Shown: positions 38,724-50,200, counted from the first letter of the stretch. The stretch: 64,000 nucleotides of DNA from Candidatus Latescibacterota bacterium (GCA_965237675.1 OZ250150.1:2400001-2464000); one strand, 5' to 3'. The notes: a model not told the origin generated them from the sequence alone. Made by a program: numbers and translations.

Positions 38724-39166
38724 TAAAGATGATCCGCACGGCCTTCAAGGGAGGATGTTTCGGTGAGCGAGGGATCGTCTTCGATCCGTTCGGACGGGGC
38801 ATCTCCCCATAAGCGCTCGAGGCGGTAAAACGCCCGTGCTTTGGGCTGGAAGATGTGTACGATGACGTCGATAAAGTCGAACAGAACCCAGATCCGTGAT
38901 TCCTGGCCCTCGATATGCCACGGCCGGTACCCCGCCGCCTTCGCTCCTTCTTGCAGCGCGTCTGTGAGGGCTTTGACGTGTACGGCCGAATTTCCCGTAC
39001 AGATGAGAAAGTAGTCCGTAACGTCGGAGAGCGTGCGCAGATCGATTAAAAGAAGGTCTTCGCCCTTTCGGGACTGAAGGCACTCGATGGAGTGATCCAG
39101 TATCTCGCGTATCTGATTGGACAAGACGATTCCATTCCGTGCGGAGATTGAACGGCTCACCTTCAT
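38723..39166 (-). CDS. rsfS: Ribosome silencing factor
   Basis: KGEDLLLIDL, DYFLICTGNS, WVLFDFIDVIVHIF, FYRLERLWGDA; exact start uncertain. Confidence 0.92.
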   Translation of the reverse strand: MKVSRSISARNGIVLSNQIREILDHSIECLQSRKGEDLLLIDLRTLSDVTDYFLICTGNSAVHVKALTDALQEGAKAAGYRPWHIEGQESRIWVLFDFIDVIVHIFQPKARAFYRLERLWGDAPSERIEDDPSLTETSSLEGRADHL

Positions 39167-39189
39167 CGCGTGTGCTGCGTCTGCCGCCT

Positions 39190-39720
39190 CTATCGCCGTG
39201 GATCGCGAGAGAAGACACCCAGCCGGTCATAGTCCCTGCCTACAATGACCGCGACCTGTTCGATGCGAAAGGGGTCCTGGGCGATCTGCTGAATATGCGT
39301 CCTGAGACCCATTGCGCTGGCTACCCTGCGGGCGTTTTCAAAGTTGCCCGTCCGGTCGATGACGATGGTTTCGGGATAGTTGAAGCTATCGGCGTTCTTC
39401 CACGTCATCACGTCGAAACCCGCTCCTCGAAGACGACGCCCCACTTTTTCCGCGACACCGGCAACGCCGCAGCCGTTGAGTACCTCGATGCGGATTACCT
39501 TGAACGAATCCGGCTTTGGTCCTGCTAGCGGTTCCGGCTTCGTTTCGGCGGAAAGTTCAGGCTTCACCCTGGCACGAGGTTCCGGCTTCGTTTCGGCGAG
39601 AGGTTGCGATTTCGTTTCGGCGGGAGGCGTTTTCGAAGGCAGCCGTCGCCGGATGTCGAGGACGGCGACCGCTGCAAAGGTCAACGCCGCCAGCGTAAGC
39701 AACCAGATTTTTCGTGACAT
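39190..39720 (-). CDS. LytR C-terminal domain protein with N-terminal TM and 8-aa repeats
   Basis: IEVLNGCGVAGVA, NAD, VIVGRD; AETKPEP repeats. Confidence 0.85.
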   Translation of the reverse strand: MSRKIWLLTLAALTFAAVAVLDIRRRLPSKTPPAETKSQPLAETKPEPRARVKPELSAETKPEPLAGPKPDSFKVIRIEVLNGCGVAGVAEKVGRRLRGAGFDVMTWKNADSFNYPETIVIDRTGNFENARRVASAMGLRTHIQQIAQDPFRIEQVAVIVGRDYDRLGVFSRDPRR

Positions 39721-39805
39721 CCCCTATGCCCGAAAAACGGAACGGGACATGGCCCGGACCGGCCGGACGCATGTCCCGTATGAAGGAGTGACCCGAAGAC
39801 GAATC

Positions 39806-40282
39806 TTAATACCGATATCTGCCTCTGGATCGATAATAGGGGGAATTGCTGATCTGAATTTCGATCTGGATGTTCTCCCTGGGCTGGTAGAACATGCCGA
39901 CGTATGGAATCACAAGCTTCGTGTTGTTGCCCAGAGAAGATCCGAAGGCGGAGTTGCCCCGAAGAACGTGCTCGAGGCCGACCTGCGCCTCGAACAACAA
40001 GGGGGTTTTCGAATTCGCACGGTAGCTGATGGTATTCAGGTAATATTGACTTGCGCCGCCGAAGGTGCCGGAACGGAAGTTGAACCCGACCGTGTTCTTG
40101 AACGTGAGCCGGTCGGATGCGAACAGACTCTTGAATTTCTCGCCCAACCCGAAGGGTTTGGGGGTTAAGTCGACCGTATTCAGGGCGGACAGGTTTGTCG
40201 GCTGAGGTTGGAGCCGCACTTCCGCCGAAGCCACGGAGACCGTCAGAAAGAAGACCGTCAGCGCACCGGTGAGAATTCTCAT
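39806..40282 (-). CDS. Exported hypothetical protein
   Basis: Signal peptide ending ASA; GGAGG RBS; TTGACA-17-TATTCT upstream. Confidence 0.75.
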   Translation of the reverse strand: MRILTGALTVFFLTVSVASAEVRLQPQPTNLSALNTVDLTPKPFGLGEKFKSLFASDRLTFKNTVGFNFRSGTFGGASQYYLNTISYRANSKTPLLFEAQVGLEHVLRGNSAFGSSLGNNTKLVIPYVGMFYQPRENIQIEIQISNSPYYRSRGRYRY

Positions 40283-40549
40283 TCGCTCATCCTCCTGTTA
40301 TTCCCAGCCTGAATCGTATCCGTTGACCGCAACAAAGAATACGACAATTATATTTGCTTGTCAAGGGCTTTAGGCGTCAACAAGGATATTACAATCGTTG
40401 GACGTTTGAGGGGTGAAAATCGTTCCACAATCCATTCGCTGGCGTTTCCGGGCCGGTGAACAGCCCCGTTCCTCGCTTGCCGATTACCCTTGAATGTGCC
40501 CCGCATCGTACCTCGCGCTCACGGACCTCATCGTACCGGGGCGGAGCGT

Positions 40550-41671
40550 CTACGCTTTTTCCATCAGTTCGGCGAACCGGTCGAAGAGGTATTCCGCATC
40601 GTGCGGCCCGGCCGACGCTTCAGGGTGGTACTGTACGCAGAAAATTGGCAGGTGTTTGTGCCGCAGCCCTTCCAGGGTGTTGTCGTTCAGGTTGATGTGG
40701 GTGATTTCCACCTCGCCGTGATCCAGCGAATCCGCGTCCACGGCGAAGCCGTGGTTCTGAGATGTAATTTCCACCTTGCCTGTATCCAATTCTCTGACAG
40801 GCTGGTTGGCGCCGCGGTGACCGAATTTCAACTTGTACGTCCGACCCCCCAGGGCCAGACCCAGAAGCTGATGTCCAAGGCAGATGCCGAAGGTGGGTTT
40901 GACGTGCATGAGTTCCCGAATGTTCTCCACCGCATGGGTGAGCGGCTCCGGATCGCCGGGCCCGTTGGACAGGAAGATTCCGTCCGGATCGATTTCGAGC
41001 AGTTGCCCGGCCGGGGCGTCCGCCGGAAAAACAGTGACGTCGCAGCCACGGCTGACGAGGCACCTGAGGATGTTTCGTTTGACGCCGAAATCGTAGACGG
41101 CCACCCGGAACCGGGCGTTATCCCGGAGCGTATCCGCGCTCCCGTTCACATAGTTGAAAAGGCCTTCGGTCCAGCGGTAGGGTTCGCTGCAACTGGCCGC
41201 GCGGGCGAGGTCCCGTCCCACCATACCGGGAGACGTCCGGGCCTTCTCGACCAGGCTGTCCCGGTCCGGGTCCATGGTGGAGAGGACGCTCTTCATGGCG
41301 CCTTCGGTTCGGATGCGCCGCGTGAGCGCCCGGGTGTCGATGCCCTGTATGCCCAGGATGTCGTGGCGTTTCAGGTAATTGCCCAGGGATTCGCACGAAC
41401 GCCAGTTGCTGGGCAGTTCGCAGTATTCCCTGACGACGAATCCTTCCACCTGCGGCCGCCCGGACTCGACGTCGTTCGGATTGACGCCGTAGTTTCCGAT
41501 GAGCGGGTAGGTCATCGCGACGATTTGACCCTTGTAGGAGGGATCGGTGAGAATCTCCTGATAGCCGGTGATGCTGGTGTTGAAGACGACCTCCCCCTCG
41601 CATTCACCGGACGCACCGAAGGACTCTCCCTCGAAGCAGGTGCCGTCTTCCAGGGCAAGAATGGCTTTCAT
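40550..41671 (-). CDS. carA: Carbamoyl-phosphate synthase small subunit
   Basis: GEVVFNT, LTDPSY, SNGPGDP, GICLGHQ, QNHGF, QYHPEA. Confidence 0.97.
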   Translation of the reverse strand: MKAILALEDGTCFEGESFGASGECEGEVVFNTSITGYQEILTDPSYKGQIVAMTYPLIGNYGVNPNDVESGRPQVEGFVVREYCELPSNWRSCESLGNYLKRHDILGIQGIDTRALTRRIRTEGAMKSVLSTMDPDRDSLVEKARTSPGMVGRDLARAASCSEPYRWTEGLFNYVNGSADTLRDNARFRVAVYDFGVKRNILRCLVSRGCDVTVFPADAPAGQLLEIDPDGIFLSNGPGDPEPLTHAVENIRELMHVKPTFGICLGHQLLGLALGGRTYKLKFGHRGANQPVRELDTGKVEITSQNHGFAVDADSLDHGEVEITHINLNDNTLEGLRHKHLPIFCVQYHPEASAGPHDAEYLFDRFAELMEKA

Positions 41672-41754
41672 GGATGGGGGTCACTCCTCAGGTGGGTTGG
41701 TAGGCACGTTAATTTGAAGGTCGCGGGTGCTGCGTCCCGCGTATGTTGTGCGCG

Positions 41755-43074
41755 TCACGCGTCGCCGGCCGGTTCATCACCGTCGTCCCCGGCCCTGTGC
41801 GTCACCCGTCCGCCGAGGATTGTCAGTACGGCTCTGCCCGTGAGGGTGTGCCCGTGAAAGGGCGTGTTCCGGGACCTGGAACGGAACGCGTGGGCGTCAA
41901 CGGTCCAGGTATGCGATGGATCGATGACGGAGACGTCTCCCTCCGCGCCGGGAGACAGGGTGCCGCAGGGTATCCCCAGGATCCGGGCCGGTGTCGCGGT
42001 GAGTTTGCGGATAACTTCGGATGCCGGAAGGATGCCGGGCTCAACCAGTTGGGTGAAAAAGGCTCCCACGGCGGTTTCCAGCCCCAGAATTCCGTTGGGC
42101 GCTTCGGGGAAGCGCTGGAGTTTTTCCAGAACGGTGTGCGGCGCGTGGTCTGTGGCAAGAACGTCTATGGTACCGTCGTCGAGGCCCTCCAGCAGGGCAT
42201 CGCGATCGTCGGACGAACGCAGGGGAGGGCTCATCTTGCCCTGGGTACCGTATACGCGCACGTCTTCGTCCGTGAGTGCGATGTGGTGCGGTGTGGCTTC
42301 GCAGGTAACGTCCAGACCCTCGGATTTGGCGCGGCGCACGAGATTCACGGCACGGCGAACACTAATGTGAAGGATGTGCAGGCGCCCACCCACCGAGCGC
42401 ACCAGGTTGATATCGCGCTCAACCATCGCGGCCTCACCCTCGGATGGCATGCCCCCGATACCCAGTTCGCGGGAGATGGCGCCTTCGTGCATGTGCCCGC
42501 CTCTTGTGAGCGCGAACACCTCGGTGTGCGGGCAGACTGGAAATCCGTGCCGCTCCGACCGGCGCAGGAGATCGCGCATGACGGCGCCGGACTCTATTGG
42601 CAGACCGTCGTCGGAGAATCCGACGGCGCCGGCATCCAGCAGGGCCTCGATCTTCGTGAGTTCACCGCCTTGCATCCCTTTTGTCGCGCAAGCGATCGGA
42701 TAGACTCGGGCATCCGCTTGTTCGGCCTTATTCAGGATGTATTCGATGGCTTCGGGGGTGTCGATTGGCGGGTCGGTATTGGGCAGGCAGGCGACTGCGG
42801 TAAACCCCCCGGCAGCCGCGGCCCGGCACCCGGTTTCCAGAGTTTCCTTCTCGGGAAACCCCGGATCCCGCAGGTGGACGTGCATGTCGATGAGCCCGGG
42901 GACGACCAGGTTTCCGGAAACGTCGATGACATGGGCGTCGGCCGGGGGTTCGATCCCTGCGGCAATACGGTCGATGCGGCCGCTCCTGATCAAAAGGTCG
43001 GCAGACGCATCGAGTGCGTTGGCGGGATCTAGGATCCGCCCGTTTTTAAGGAGAATCGGGGTGGCCTGGCTCAT
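41755..43074 (-). CDS. pyrC: Dihydroorotase
   Basis: DMHVHLRDPG, FSDDG, EATPHH, PPLR, TDHAPH, SRNTPF. Confidence 0.95.
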   Translation of the reverse strand: MSQATPILLKNGRILDPANALDASADLLIRSGRIDRIAAGIEPPADAHVIDVSGNLVVPGLIDMHVHLRDPGFPEKETLETGCRAAAAGGFTAVACLPNTDPPIDTPEAIEYILNKAEQADARVYPIACATKGMQGGELTKIEALLDAGAVGFSDDGLPIESGAVMRDLLRRSERHGFPVCPHTEVFALTRGGHMHEGAISRELGIGGMPSEGEAAMVERDINLVRSVGGRLHILHISVRRAVNLVRRAKSEGLDVTCEATPHHIALTDEDVRVYGTQGKMSPPLRSSDDRDALLEGLDDGTIDVLATDHAPHTVLEKLQRFPEAPNGILGLETAVGAFFTQLVEPGILPASEVIRKLTATPARILGIPCGTLSPGAEGDVSVIDPSHTWTVDAHAFRSRSRNTPFHGHTLTGRAVLTILGGRVTHRAGDDGDEPAGDA

Positions 43075-43249
43075 TAGAGGACGGGGTTGCGACGGTCAGG
43101 AATTTTGATTGCAAAGTTACCGGCGAGGGCCGTTTCTGTCAAGCGGATTCCGTGTGAGAAAGGAGGATCGGCTTCGCGCGGCTTGCTGTTTCACAGGACC
43201 GTGCGTATCTTTGCCTAAAATTGGCGTCGAATTCGAATGGAGGCTCACA

Positions 43250-44380
43250 ATGGTTTCGGTATTTCTGATAACGCCGGTTTTTCTGGCGGTGTTGCTGGTT
43301 CCCGCAGCGGCCATCGCGTCTGAACGGAACGATCCCGTCCCGCCCTTTCGTACGATGCCCGGACCGGAAGATCTGAAGATTTCATCGGATGAGGACAAGG
43401 CGTTCCTGGAGGAGGTGCTGCGCAGCATCTTCCCCGAAGGAACCGAGGGGCTGACGGCTGAGCAGAAGGGGATTGCGATTCTGCGTTACGCGTCATCGGC
43501 GCTTGAACTGAAAAACAACGGCGGATCCGCCACGAAGATAATCAGGGAGGGCTATGCGATCTGCGGCGGGCTCTCGCACGTGCACCGGGTTCTTTGCCGA
43601 ATGGTCGGGCTGCCTTCCCGGTATATCGGCGCGTTCAATCTCCGTCCGATCATGGGCAGCCATGCCATCAGCGAGGTGTATTACGAAGGGAAATGGCATT
43701 TGCTGGACCCGACGTTCGGTCTCTTCTTTTATTCGAAAAAGGAGTATGACGGCACGGGAGAAATCACGTCCTTCTACGATCTGGTGATGGCGCCTGACCA
43801 ATGGACGGCGTTCAAGGTGGTCGAACGTCCCTGGATCGGACGGTACGACGATACGGTGCGGGCGTATGGGGTTACGGCGGCGGAAGAGGATTATCTGAAG
43901 GATGTGTACAGGACGTCGATCCTGGAACTCTACGGGAAGTACGCGGCCGAGACATTTCCGATCGCCTACGGACATCGCGACCCGGTGTCCTATCCGGTGG
44001 ACGCGGACCTGAGGGAACGAGATGGGATGCGGGTTGGCGAGGTTGACGGGAATAACAGCGACGTGCTGAGACTGGTGACGAACGGGTCCGATTACGTGGG
44101 CGGCCACTACCTGGGCGGGTCGTATCCGCCCGGGTTTCATACCTGGTCGATCAGGACGCCGGGGCCGTGTTGTCTGCGGATCGAGTATTTCAGCACGCAG
44201 GACAACCCGCCCGGCCTCAAGCCGTCTCCTTTGAAGGCTGCGCGAATTGTCTCCGTTCACACCGAGGGGAGAAGGGTCGTTATCGACCTCCAGGCGATCG
44301 GGCCGGAGGTAATAGTGTCGGTCTATTGCCCGGAAGGTACCTTTGCCGTGGATGCCATTCGGGCTGTGCGGGTGCGCTGA
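43250..44380 (+). CDS. Exported transglutaminase-like domain protein
   Basis: Signal peptide; Cys (ICGG), His (GSHAISEVY), Asp (WHLLDPT) triad pattern; GGAGG RBS. Confidence 0.75.
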   Translation: MVSVFLITPVFLAVLLVPAAAIASERNDPVPPFRTMPGPEDLKISSDEDKAFLEEVLRSIFPEGTEGLTAEQKGIAILRYASSALELKNNGGSATKIIREGYAICGGLSHVHRVLCRMVGLPSRYIGAFNLRPIMGSHAISEVYYEGKWHLLDPTFGLFFYSKKEYDGTGEITSFYDLVMAPDQWTAFKVVERPWIGRYDDTVRAYGVTAAEEDYLKDVYRTSILELYGKYAAETFPIAYGHRDPVSYPVDADLRERDGMRVGEVDGNNSDVLRLVTNGSDYVGGHYLGGSYPPGFHTWSIRTPGPCCLRIEYFSTQDNPPGLKPSPLKAARIVSVHTEGRRVVIDLQAIGPEVIVSVYCPEGTFAVDAIRAVRVR

Positions 44381-44418
44381 ATAGACCCACCAGGCGACCT
44401 GCCGCGCCGGGACAGCGA

Positions 44419-44457
44419 CCCCTCCCCCGGCCCCTCCCCGGCACGGGGAGGGGAGGG
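44419..44457 (+). repeat. C/G-rich intergenic palindrome
   Basis: cccctcccccggcccctccccggcacggggaggggaggg. Confidence 0.55.
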
Positions 44458-44516
44458 ATGATCCGGTCCCGCGCCAGGATATGTCAAACGAACTCTTGTC
44501 ATAATGGAGTGCGAAA

Positions 44517-47027
44517 ATGATTCACATTTTGCGTGAGGAGCATCCCCGGCTGTATTGTCCGGTCGACGATCCGCAATACAGGTTCGAACTGCCGGGGGAT
44601 GAGGCGCGAAGACGAATTCTCGAAAACATCCTCGCGGATTGCGAGGGATATTATCCGCAGCGCCCATGGAAACGGATTCCGGAACGACCGGACAGTCCGC
44701 ATCCGTACCACCAGCTGTACCTGACGTTCTATACGGGGATGCACGCGACCGCCCTGATGGAGAACTATGCGTTCGCCTGGCGGCTGACGGGGGATCCGCG
44801 CTGGTTGAAACGGGCGAGGGATTGGTTGCGCGCGGCGGCGGGCTGGGAACACAGCGACCGGGTAGAGGAGCATTTCTATACGGCCAACCGGTATATGCAG
44901 GCGTTCGCGCTGGCGCTGGACCTGCTCGACGACGCGTTGCCCGAGCGGGAGAAAGAAATGGCGACCGCGTGCCTGGTTCGGCTGATGGACCGCTGGTGGC
45001 CGGACGTGGAGCGGTCCAGGTATTCGTCGGACGGACGACACCACGCCGTGGTGGACAACGGGCATTTCGGCGTGGCGGCCCTGCACTTGCTGGGAAAACA
45101 CCCCGATGCCGAAGCCTGGGTGGCGGCCGTTATCGACCGGTTTCGCAACGGGGTGATGCCCCACGGCTGCGGTCGGGACGGCGAGCCCGGCGACGGGCCC
45201 TCGTTCTGGCCGTGGGAGAATCTGTGGATGCTTCACTTTGCCGATGCGCTGAGAAATGTGACCGGCGAAGATCTCTATCGGGATTTTCCGAAGCGGCTGG
45301 AGCGGCCCTTGAAGTGGTTCCGGTATCACCTGGCGCCGCCGGAGGTGATCGAAGACAGGCTGTACTATCCGCAGAATTCAAACGTGATATCGGGCAGCCA
45401 GCTGGACGCGTGTTCAGTCACCCTGCTTCGCCTGGCGCAGGAGGCGGGGGACGCGGAGATGCGTGACGTTGCCGTCGCTGATCCCAGACTGGGGAGGCTC
45501 TACCGGTTCGGGATGGGCGTGAAGGGCACCACGGCGGAGTGCATGGTCGCGTACGGGCCGTATGCGTATTGCTATTGTGATCCGGAGTTCCGACCCACCC
45601 GTCGCAGGGCTGAATTGCCGCTCTCAAGGACGTTTATGCGGGCGCACTATGGCGAGACGGGGCTCTTGCGCAGCGGTTGGGGCGCGGACGCGGTCGTCTG
45701 CAGCGTGGCGGGATACAAGGGCGGGGGCGCGCACGGGTTTATGAACCTGCACGCGCAGTGGGCCGGATATCCGGTTTTTCAGTCGATCTCTGCGGACGAA
45801 GCGCAGCCGGTCGCCTGCGGGAGTCTTCCCTTCGTGGGCGGACAGAACGAGATCGTGGCCTTTCTGAGGCGGCTGCATTCCGCAGAGTGGTTCGACCGGT
45901 TACGGGTCCGGTCCATTCGAACGGATCATGAATACTGGCTGTTGAAGGGGGCGTCTCCAATCCTGGTGACGGCTTTGAGACGCCGGCGCCGCGGGGTGAA
46001 GTTGATGGGAAAAGAGGATGAGAGCTTCGCGCGATTGAACGGACGGGATTATCTGCAGTACGATCGGGGGCCGTACTTCAATCCCAGGGCGGGTGAATTG
46101 CGGATGCGTTTCCGGCTGAACGGCGAGAGCCGGGAAGACGGGCCAAAGGTTCTGTTCAATACGGGAATCGGCGTGGGACGCGTCATGGGAAGCCGGGTGA
46201 ACAACTATTCGCTGGCAATAATGGACGGGAAGGCACTGACATTTGTCGTGCAGAGCCAACGAAACACCTCCGTGGAGGTGGTGTCGCGGGTCAAGATCGA
46301 ATCCGGCAGGTGGCACGATGCGGCAATCCGATGGGGCGGCTTCAATCGGAAGGGCGACAATCCATTTATAGAGATCGAAGTGGATGGTCAACGGGAACGG
46401 TGCGACGACTCCGCGGTCTTCGGTGAACTGGGGGTGGATTCGCAGAACCTGGAGTCGCGTTCGGAACCCAGGACGTTTTTCATCAAGTCGAATACCGTGC
46501 TGGCCTTCGGCGGTGCGGTACAGATGCCGGGGACGGGGCTGAAATGCGACCTCGACATGGTGGACCTGAAGTGCCCGGGGCGAAAGCGGTTGAGATTGGA
46601 TTTCGAGAAGGAACTGGGCCCCGAAACCGGAAGCGGCGCGCTGGGATGGAAAATGAACCCGGTGGATCTGCGCGAAGTACGGCCGAATCTCGCACGGTTC
46701 GGTGCGGGGGAACGGACGATCGATGCATTACCCCTTTTTGGCGAGGATGTCCGATTTGAGCAGGAGGAAGTCCCCTTCGCGCCTGCCGGACTCGCGGCGG
46801 GGAGCCTGAAGAGCTTTGTCCCGGGAGGTCGGGATGCGAGCACGCGCGTGCGGCTGTCGACGTCTGGAGATGTCCTGGTGTTTGCTTTCGTAGACCGCCA
46901 GTTGGATACACGAGTCCTGCCTGGCGAAAACGGGTTTGAGATTGCCGCCGGGACAGAGCGGTACGCGTTCGACGTGAACGGGACGGGCGAGGAGATCCTC
47001 ACCCTCCATTCCGCCGAAACCGATTAG
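44517..47027 (+). CDS. Heparinase II/III / alginate-lyase-like (DUF4962-type) protein with LamG-like insert
   Basis: Helical N-terminus (AFAWRLTGDPRWLKRA, HHAVV, DGPSFW), GLLRSGW, and LamG-like GRWHDAAIRW...EIEVDG. Confidence 0.6.
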   Translation: MIHILREEHPRLYCPVDDPQYRFELPGDEARRRILENILADCEGYYPQRPWKRIPERPDSPHPYHQLYLTFYTGMHATALMENYAFAWRLTGDPRWLKRARDWLRAAAGWEHSDRVEEHFYTANRYMQAFALALDLLDDALPEREKEMATACLVRLMDRWWPDVERSRYSSDGRHHAVVDNGHFGVAALHLLGKHPDAEAWVAAVIDRFRNGVMPHGCGRDGEPGDGPSFWPWENLWMLHFADALRNVTGEDLYRDFPKRLERPLKWFRYHLAPPEVIEDRLYYPQNSNVISGSQLDACSVTLLRLAQEAGDAEMRDVAVADPRLGRLYRFGMGVKGTTAECMVAYGPYAYCYCDPEFRPTRRRAELPLSRTFMRAHYGETGLLRSGWGADAVVCSVAGYKGGGAHGFMNLHAQWAGYPVFQSISADEAQPVACGSLPFVGGQNEIVAFLRRLHSAEWFDRLRVRSIRTDHEYWLLKGASPILVTALRRRRRGVKLMGKEDESFARLNGRDYLQYDRGPYFNPRAGELRMRFRLNGESREDGPKVLFNTGIGVGRVMGSRVNNYSLAIMDGKALTFVVQSQRNTSVEVVSRVKIESGRWHDAAIRWGGFNRKGDNPFIEIEVDGQRERCDDSAVFGELGVDSQNLESRSEPRTFFIKSNTVLAFGGAVQMPGTGLKCDLDMVDLKCPGRKRLRLDFEKELGPETGSGALGWKMNPVDLREVRPNLARFGAGERTIDALPLFGEDVRFEQEEVPFAPAGLAAGSLKSFVPGGRDASTRVRLSTSGDVLVFAFVDRQLDTRVLPGENGFEIAAGTERYAFDVNGTGEEILTLHSAETD

Positions 47028-47067
47028 CCGATAACATCTCGATACAAAAGTCAGAAGATTACAACCG

Positions 47068-47104
47068 AGGCCGCGTTTCTTACAGAACGAGAGCGGCCTT
47101 TTTT
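47068..47104 (+). terminator. Intrinsic terminator
   Basis: aggccgc...gcggcct followed by a T-run. Confidence 0.7.
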
Positions 47105-47202
47105 CGTAAGGCAGAAACACAAGCGTAAATTGATGAAGCCAACTTTCGACTTGACCCGATTCGACGCGTACCTTATCTCTTTGAAAAAAGGAGCTACATC
47201 AT

Positions 47203-50200
47203 TTGGTTGCCTCCGAACAAAATAACGACGCCCCGGTGGCACCGCTTTCTGGATTGGTAAGTTTGGGTTCCAGTCTTCCGTATCGCTGTGTTTCGATCGA
47301 CCTCGAAGTCGGAAAACAGGACGGTCGCATCCGCGCCTTCGCCGCGGTTCGTCCGGATAAAGATCAGCCGTTGACCTTCAACGGCGGAAATCTGACATCG
47401 GCGTTGAAGGCGCTGGACCAATACGCTCATGGCGCGGAATTCATGCTCGGCCATAACCTGATTGCCTTCGATCTGCCCCATCTGACCGCGGCGAAATCTG
47501 ATCTCCGTCTGCTGAAGTTGCCCGCCTTGGATACGTTGAAACTGAACCCCCTTGCCTTTCCCCGGAATCCCTATCATCATCTCGTCAAGCACTATCAGGA
47601 CCCACAGCTCAAACGGGGGCGTATAAACGACCCGGAACTCGATGCACGCCTTGCGCTGAATCTTTTCCGTGACCAGTGGCACGCGTTGGAAGCGGTCGGT
47701 CAGAACGCCCCGGACCTGTTAGTGGCGTGGCATTGGCTCACCTCGTCTGCAGGTGCCGGGGCAGGTATCGACGCCTTTTCAGGAAATGAAGCGGCCGGCT
47801 TCGGCGCCTTTTTCTCCGTGCTGCGGCGTTCTCAACGACCGTCGGACGCCGAGGCGCGCGCAGCCATAGGCAGCCTGCTGAAGGGTAACGCGTGCCAGAA
47901 TCACGGTCAGGATGTCGTTCAGAATAGCGAGCAGGGCGCCTGGCCCCTTGCTTACGCCCTTGCCTGGTTGTCAGTTTCCGGGGGCAATTCGGTGATGCCG
48001 CCGTGGGTACGACATCAGTTCCCTGAAGCCGGCAAGCTGGTTCGCCGATTACGGGACAAGTCCTGCGGCCAGTCGGACTGCGAATGGTGCAGGGAGAGAC
48101 ACGACCCGCGCAAGGAACTCAAACGCTGGTTCGGCTTCGACGACTTTCGACCGGAACCGACGGACGAAAAGGGCCGCCCGATGCAGCAGGCCATCGTCGT
48201 GGCTGCGATGGCGGGTGAGCACGTTCTGGGCATTCTACCCACCGGCACGGGCAAGTCGCTCTGCTACCAGATTCCGGCATTGTCGCGCTATGACAAGACC
48301 GGCGCTCTCACGGTGGTCATTTCGCCCCTGGTCGCGCTCATGGCGGACCAGGTTGTGGGGCTGGAGGCGCGGGGAATCGGCTCCTGTGTGGCGATCAACG
48401 GCCTGTTGTCTATGCCTGAGCGCGCCGATGCGCTGGATCGTGTTCCGCTCGGGGACGCGGCCATTATCCTCGTCTCCCCCGAGCAACTCCGCTCTCGTTC
48501 CCTGCGAAGGGTACTGGATCAGCGCGAGATCGGCGCCTGGGTACTGGATGAGGCCCACTGTCTATCCAGGTGGGGGCACGACTTCCGGCCAGATTATCGC
48601 TACATTGGGCGCTTTATCCGCGAAAAGGCGGGAAAGGGGCCGATCCCGCCGGTACTGTGCCTGACCGCGACGGCCAAACCCGACGTCGTGGCAGACATAA
48701 AGCAGCATTTCCAGGACGAGCTTGGGGTTGAATTAAGCGTGTTCGACGGCGGGACCCGCCGCACGAATCTGGATTTCGTAGTCGTGCAGACGACCGAACC
48801 GGAGAAATTCGCGTACATATATCAGATATTGATCGCCGACCTGCCCCCGGAGACGCCGGGCGGTGCCATCGTTTATTGTGCAACGCGTCGTCAGACGGAA
48901 GAGGCGGCGCAGTTCCTGCAGCTTAAGGAAGTTGCGGCGGAGCACTTTCACGCCGGTCTGCCACCGGAGACGAAGAAGAGCGTGCAGCAACGTTTCATAG
49001 GGGGCGAATTGCGCGTGATAACGGCCACCAATGCCTTCGGCATGGGCATCGATAAATCCGACGTGCGGTTGGTGATACACGCCGACATTCCCGGTTCGCT
49101 GGAGAACTACATGCAGGAGTCGGGCCGTGCCGGACGAGACAGGAAGATGGCGCGCTGCGTGCTTCTCTATACGCCGGAAGACGTGGAGCGACAGTTCGGC
49201 ATGTCGGCATATTCGCGGCTCTCCCGGCGGGAGATCCACGGGGTCCTGAGAGCACTCCGAAACCTGGATCGGAAGAAGCGTTTTGGAGGTGAGGTCGTCG
49301 CCACCGCCGGTGAGATATTAGGCGAGGACGACGAAAAAGCATTCGAGCGGGACTCCGCCACAGACGATACCCGCGTGCGAACGGCCGTCTCCTGGCTCGA
49401 AGAAAGCGTACTGCTGACCAGGGAGGAGAATTGGGTTCAGGTATTTCCCTCGTCTCTCAGGGTGAGTTCAGTGGAGGAAGCGGGTACCAGGCTCGCAAAG
49501 CGAGAAATTTTGGACGAATATCGGCGGCAGCTGATGAAATTGGTCGAAGCTCTGATCGATGCCGATCCCGACGAAGGCATCTCAACCGACGAACTGATGG
49601 GTGTGTCCGGGCTGAGTGCGGAAGGCGTGCGAGGAGCCTTGTACGCCCTGGAGCGCCTGGGTATCGCCAGCAACGATACGGCGCTGACCGCCTTCGTCCA
49701 CGTAGGAGTGCCGCGCAACTCCCGGAAGCGCTTTGATGAGGCAATGGAATTGGAAACTGCGCTGATCGCACATATGCGCGAGGCAGCGGCGGATCTGAAC
49801 AAGGGAGACGCGTCGACACTGCACTTGCGCGTCGCCGCCCAAACCCTGAGAAACGCGGGAGTGGTTAATCCGTTGCCCGAATTCTTGTGGCGCATTCTCC
49901 GTAGTATCGCTGCCGATGGGCGGGGTGAAGGCGGCGACGCGGGCAGCCTGGGGGTACGACGGCGGGATACCGAGACGGTCCGCGTCGAATTGCGACGCGA
50001 GTGGTCTGACCTCGAGGAACTCGCGTCGCGCAGGCGCGACGGGGCAAAACTTTTGCTTGACCACTTGTTGTCATGCCTGCCCCCTAACAGTCGTGGCACG
50101 GACCTGCTTGCCGAGACCACCCTCGGTAAGCTGTTGGACGCGATCACGTCAGATATCGTTTTGAAAAGCAGAGTGAGGAACCCCGAGAAACTGTTGGATC

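Noticed and set aside
40490-43032. Long plus-strand ORFs (455 and 429 aa)
   Set aside because: They are antisense to carA and pyrC, as expected in high-GC DNA. The same applies to other long antisense ORFs in the track.
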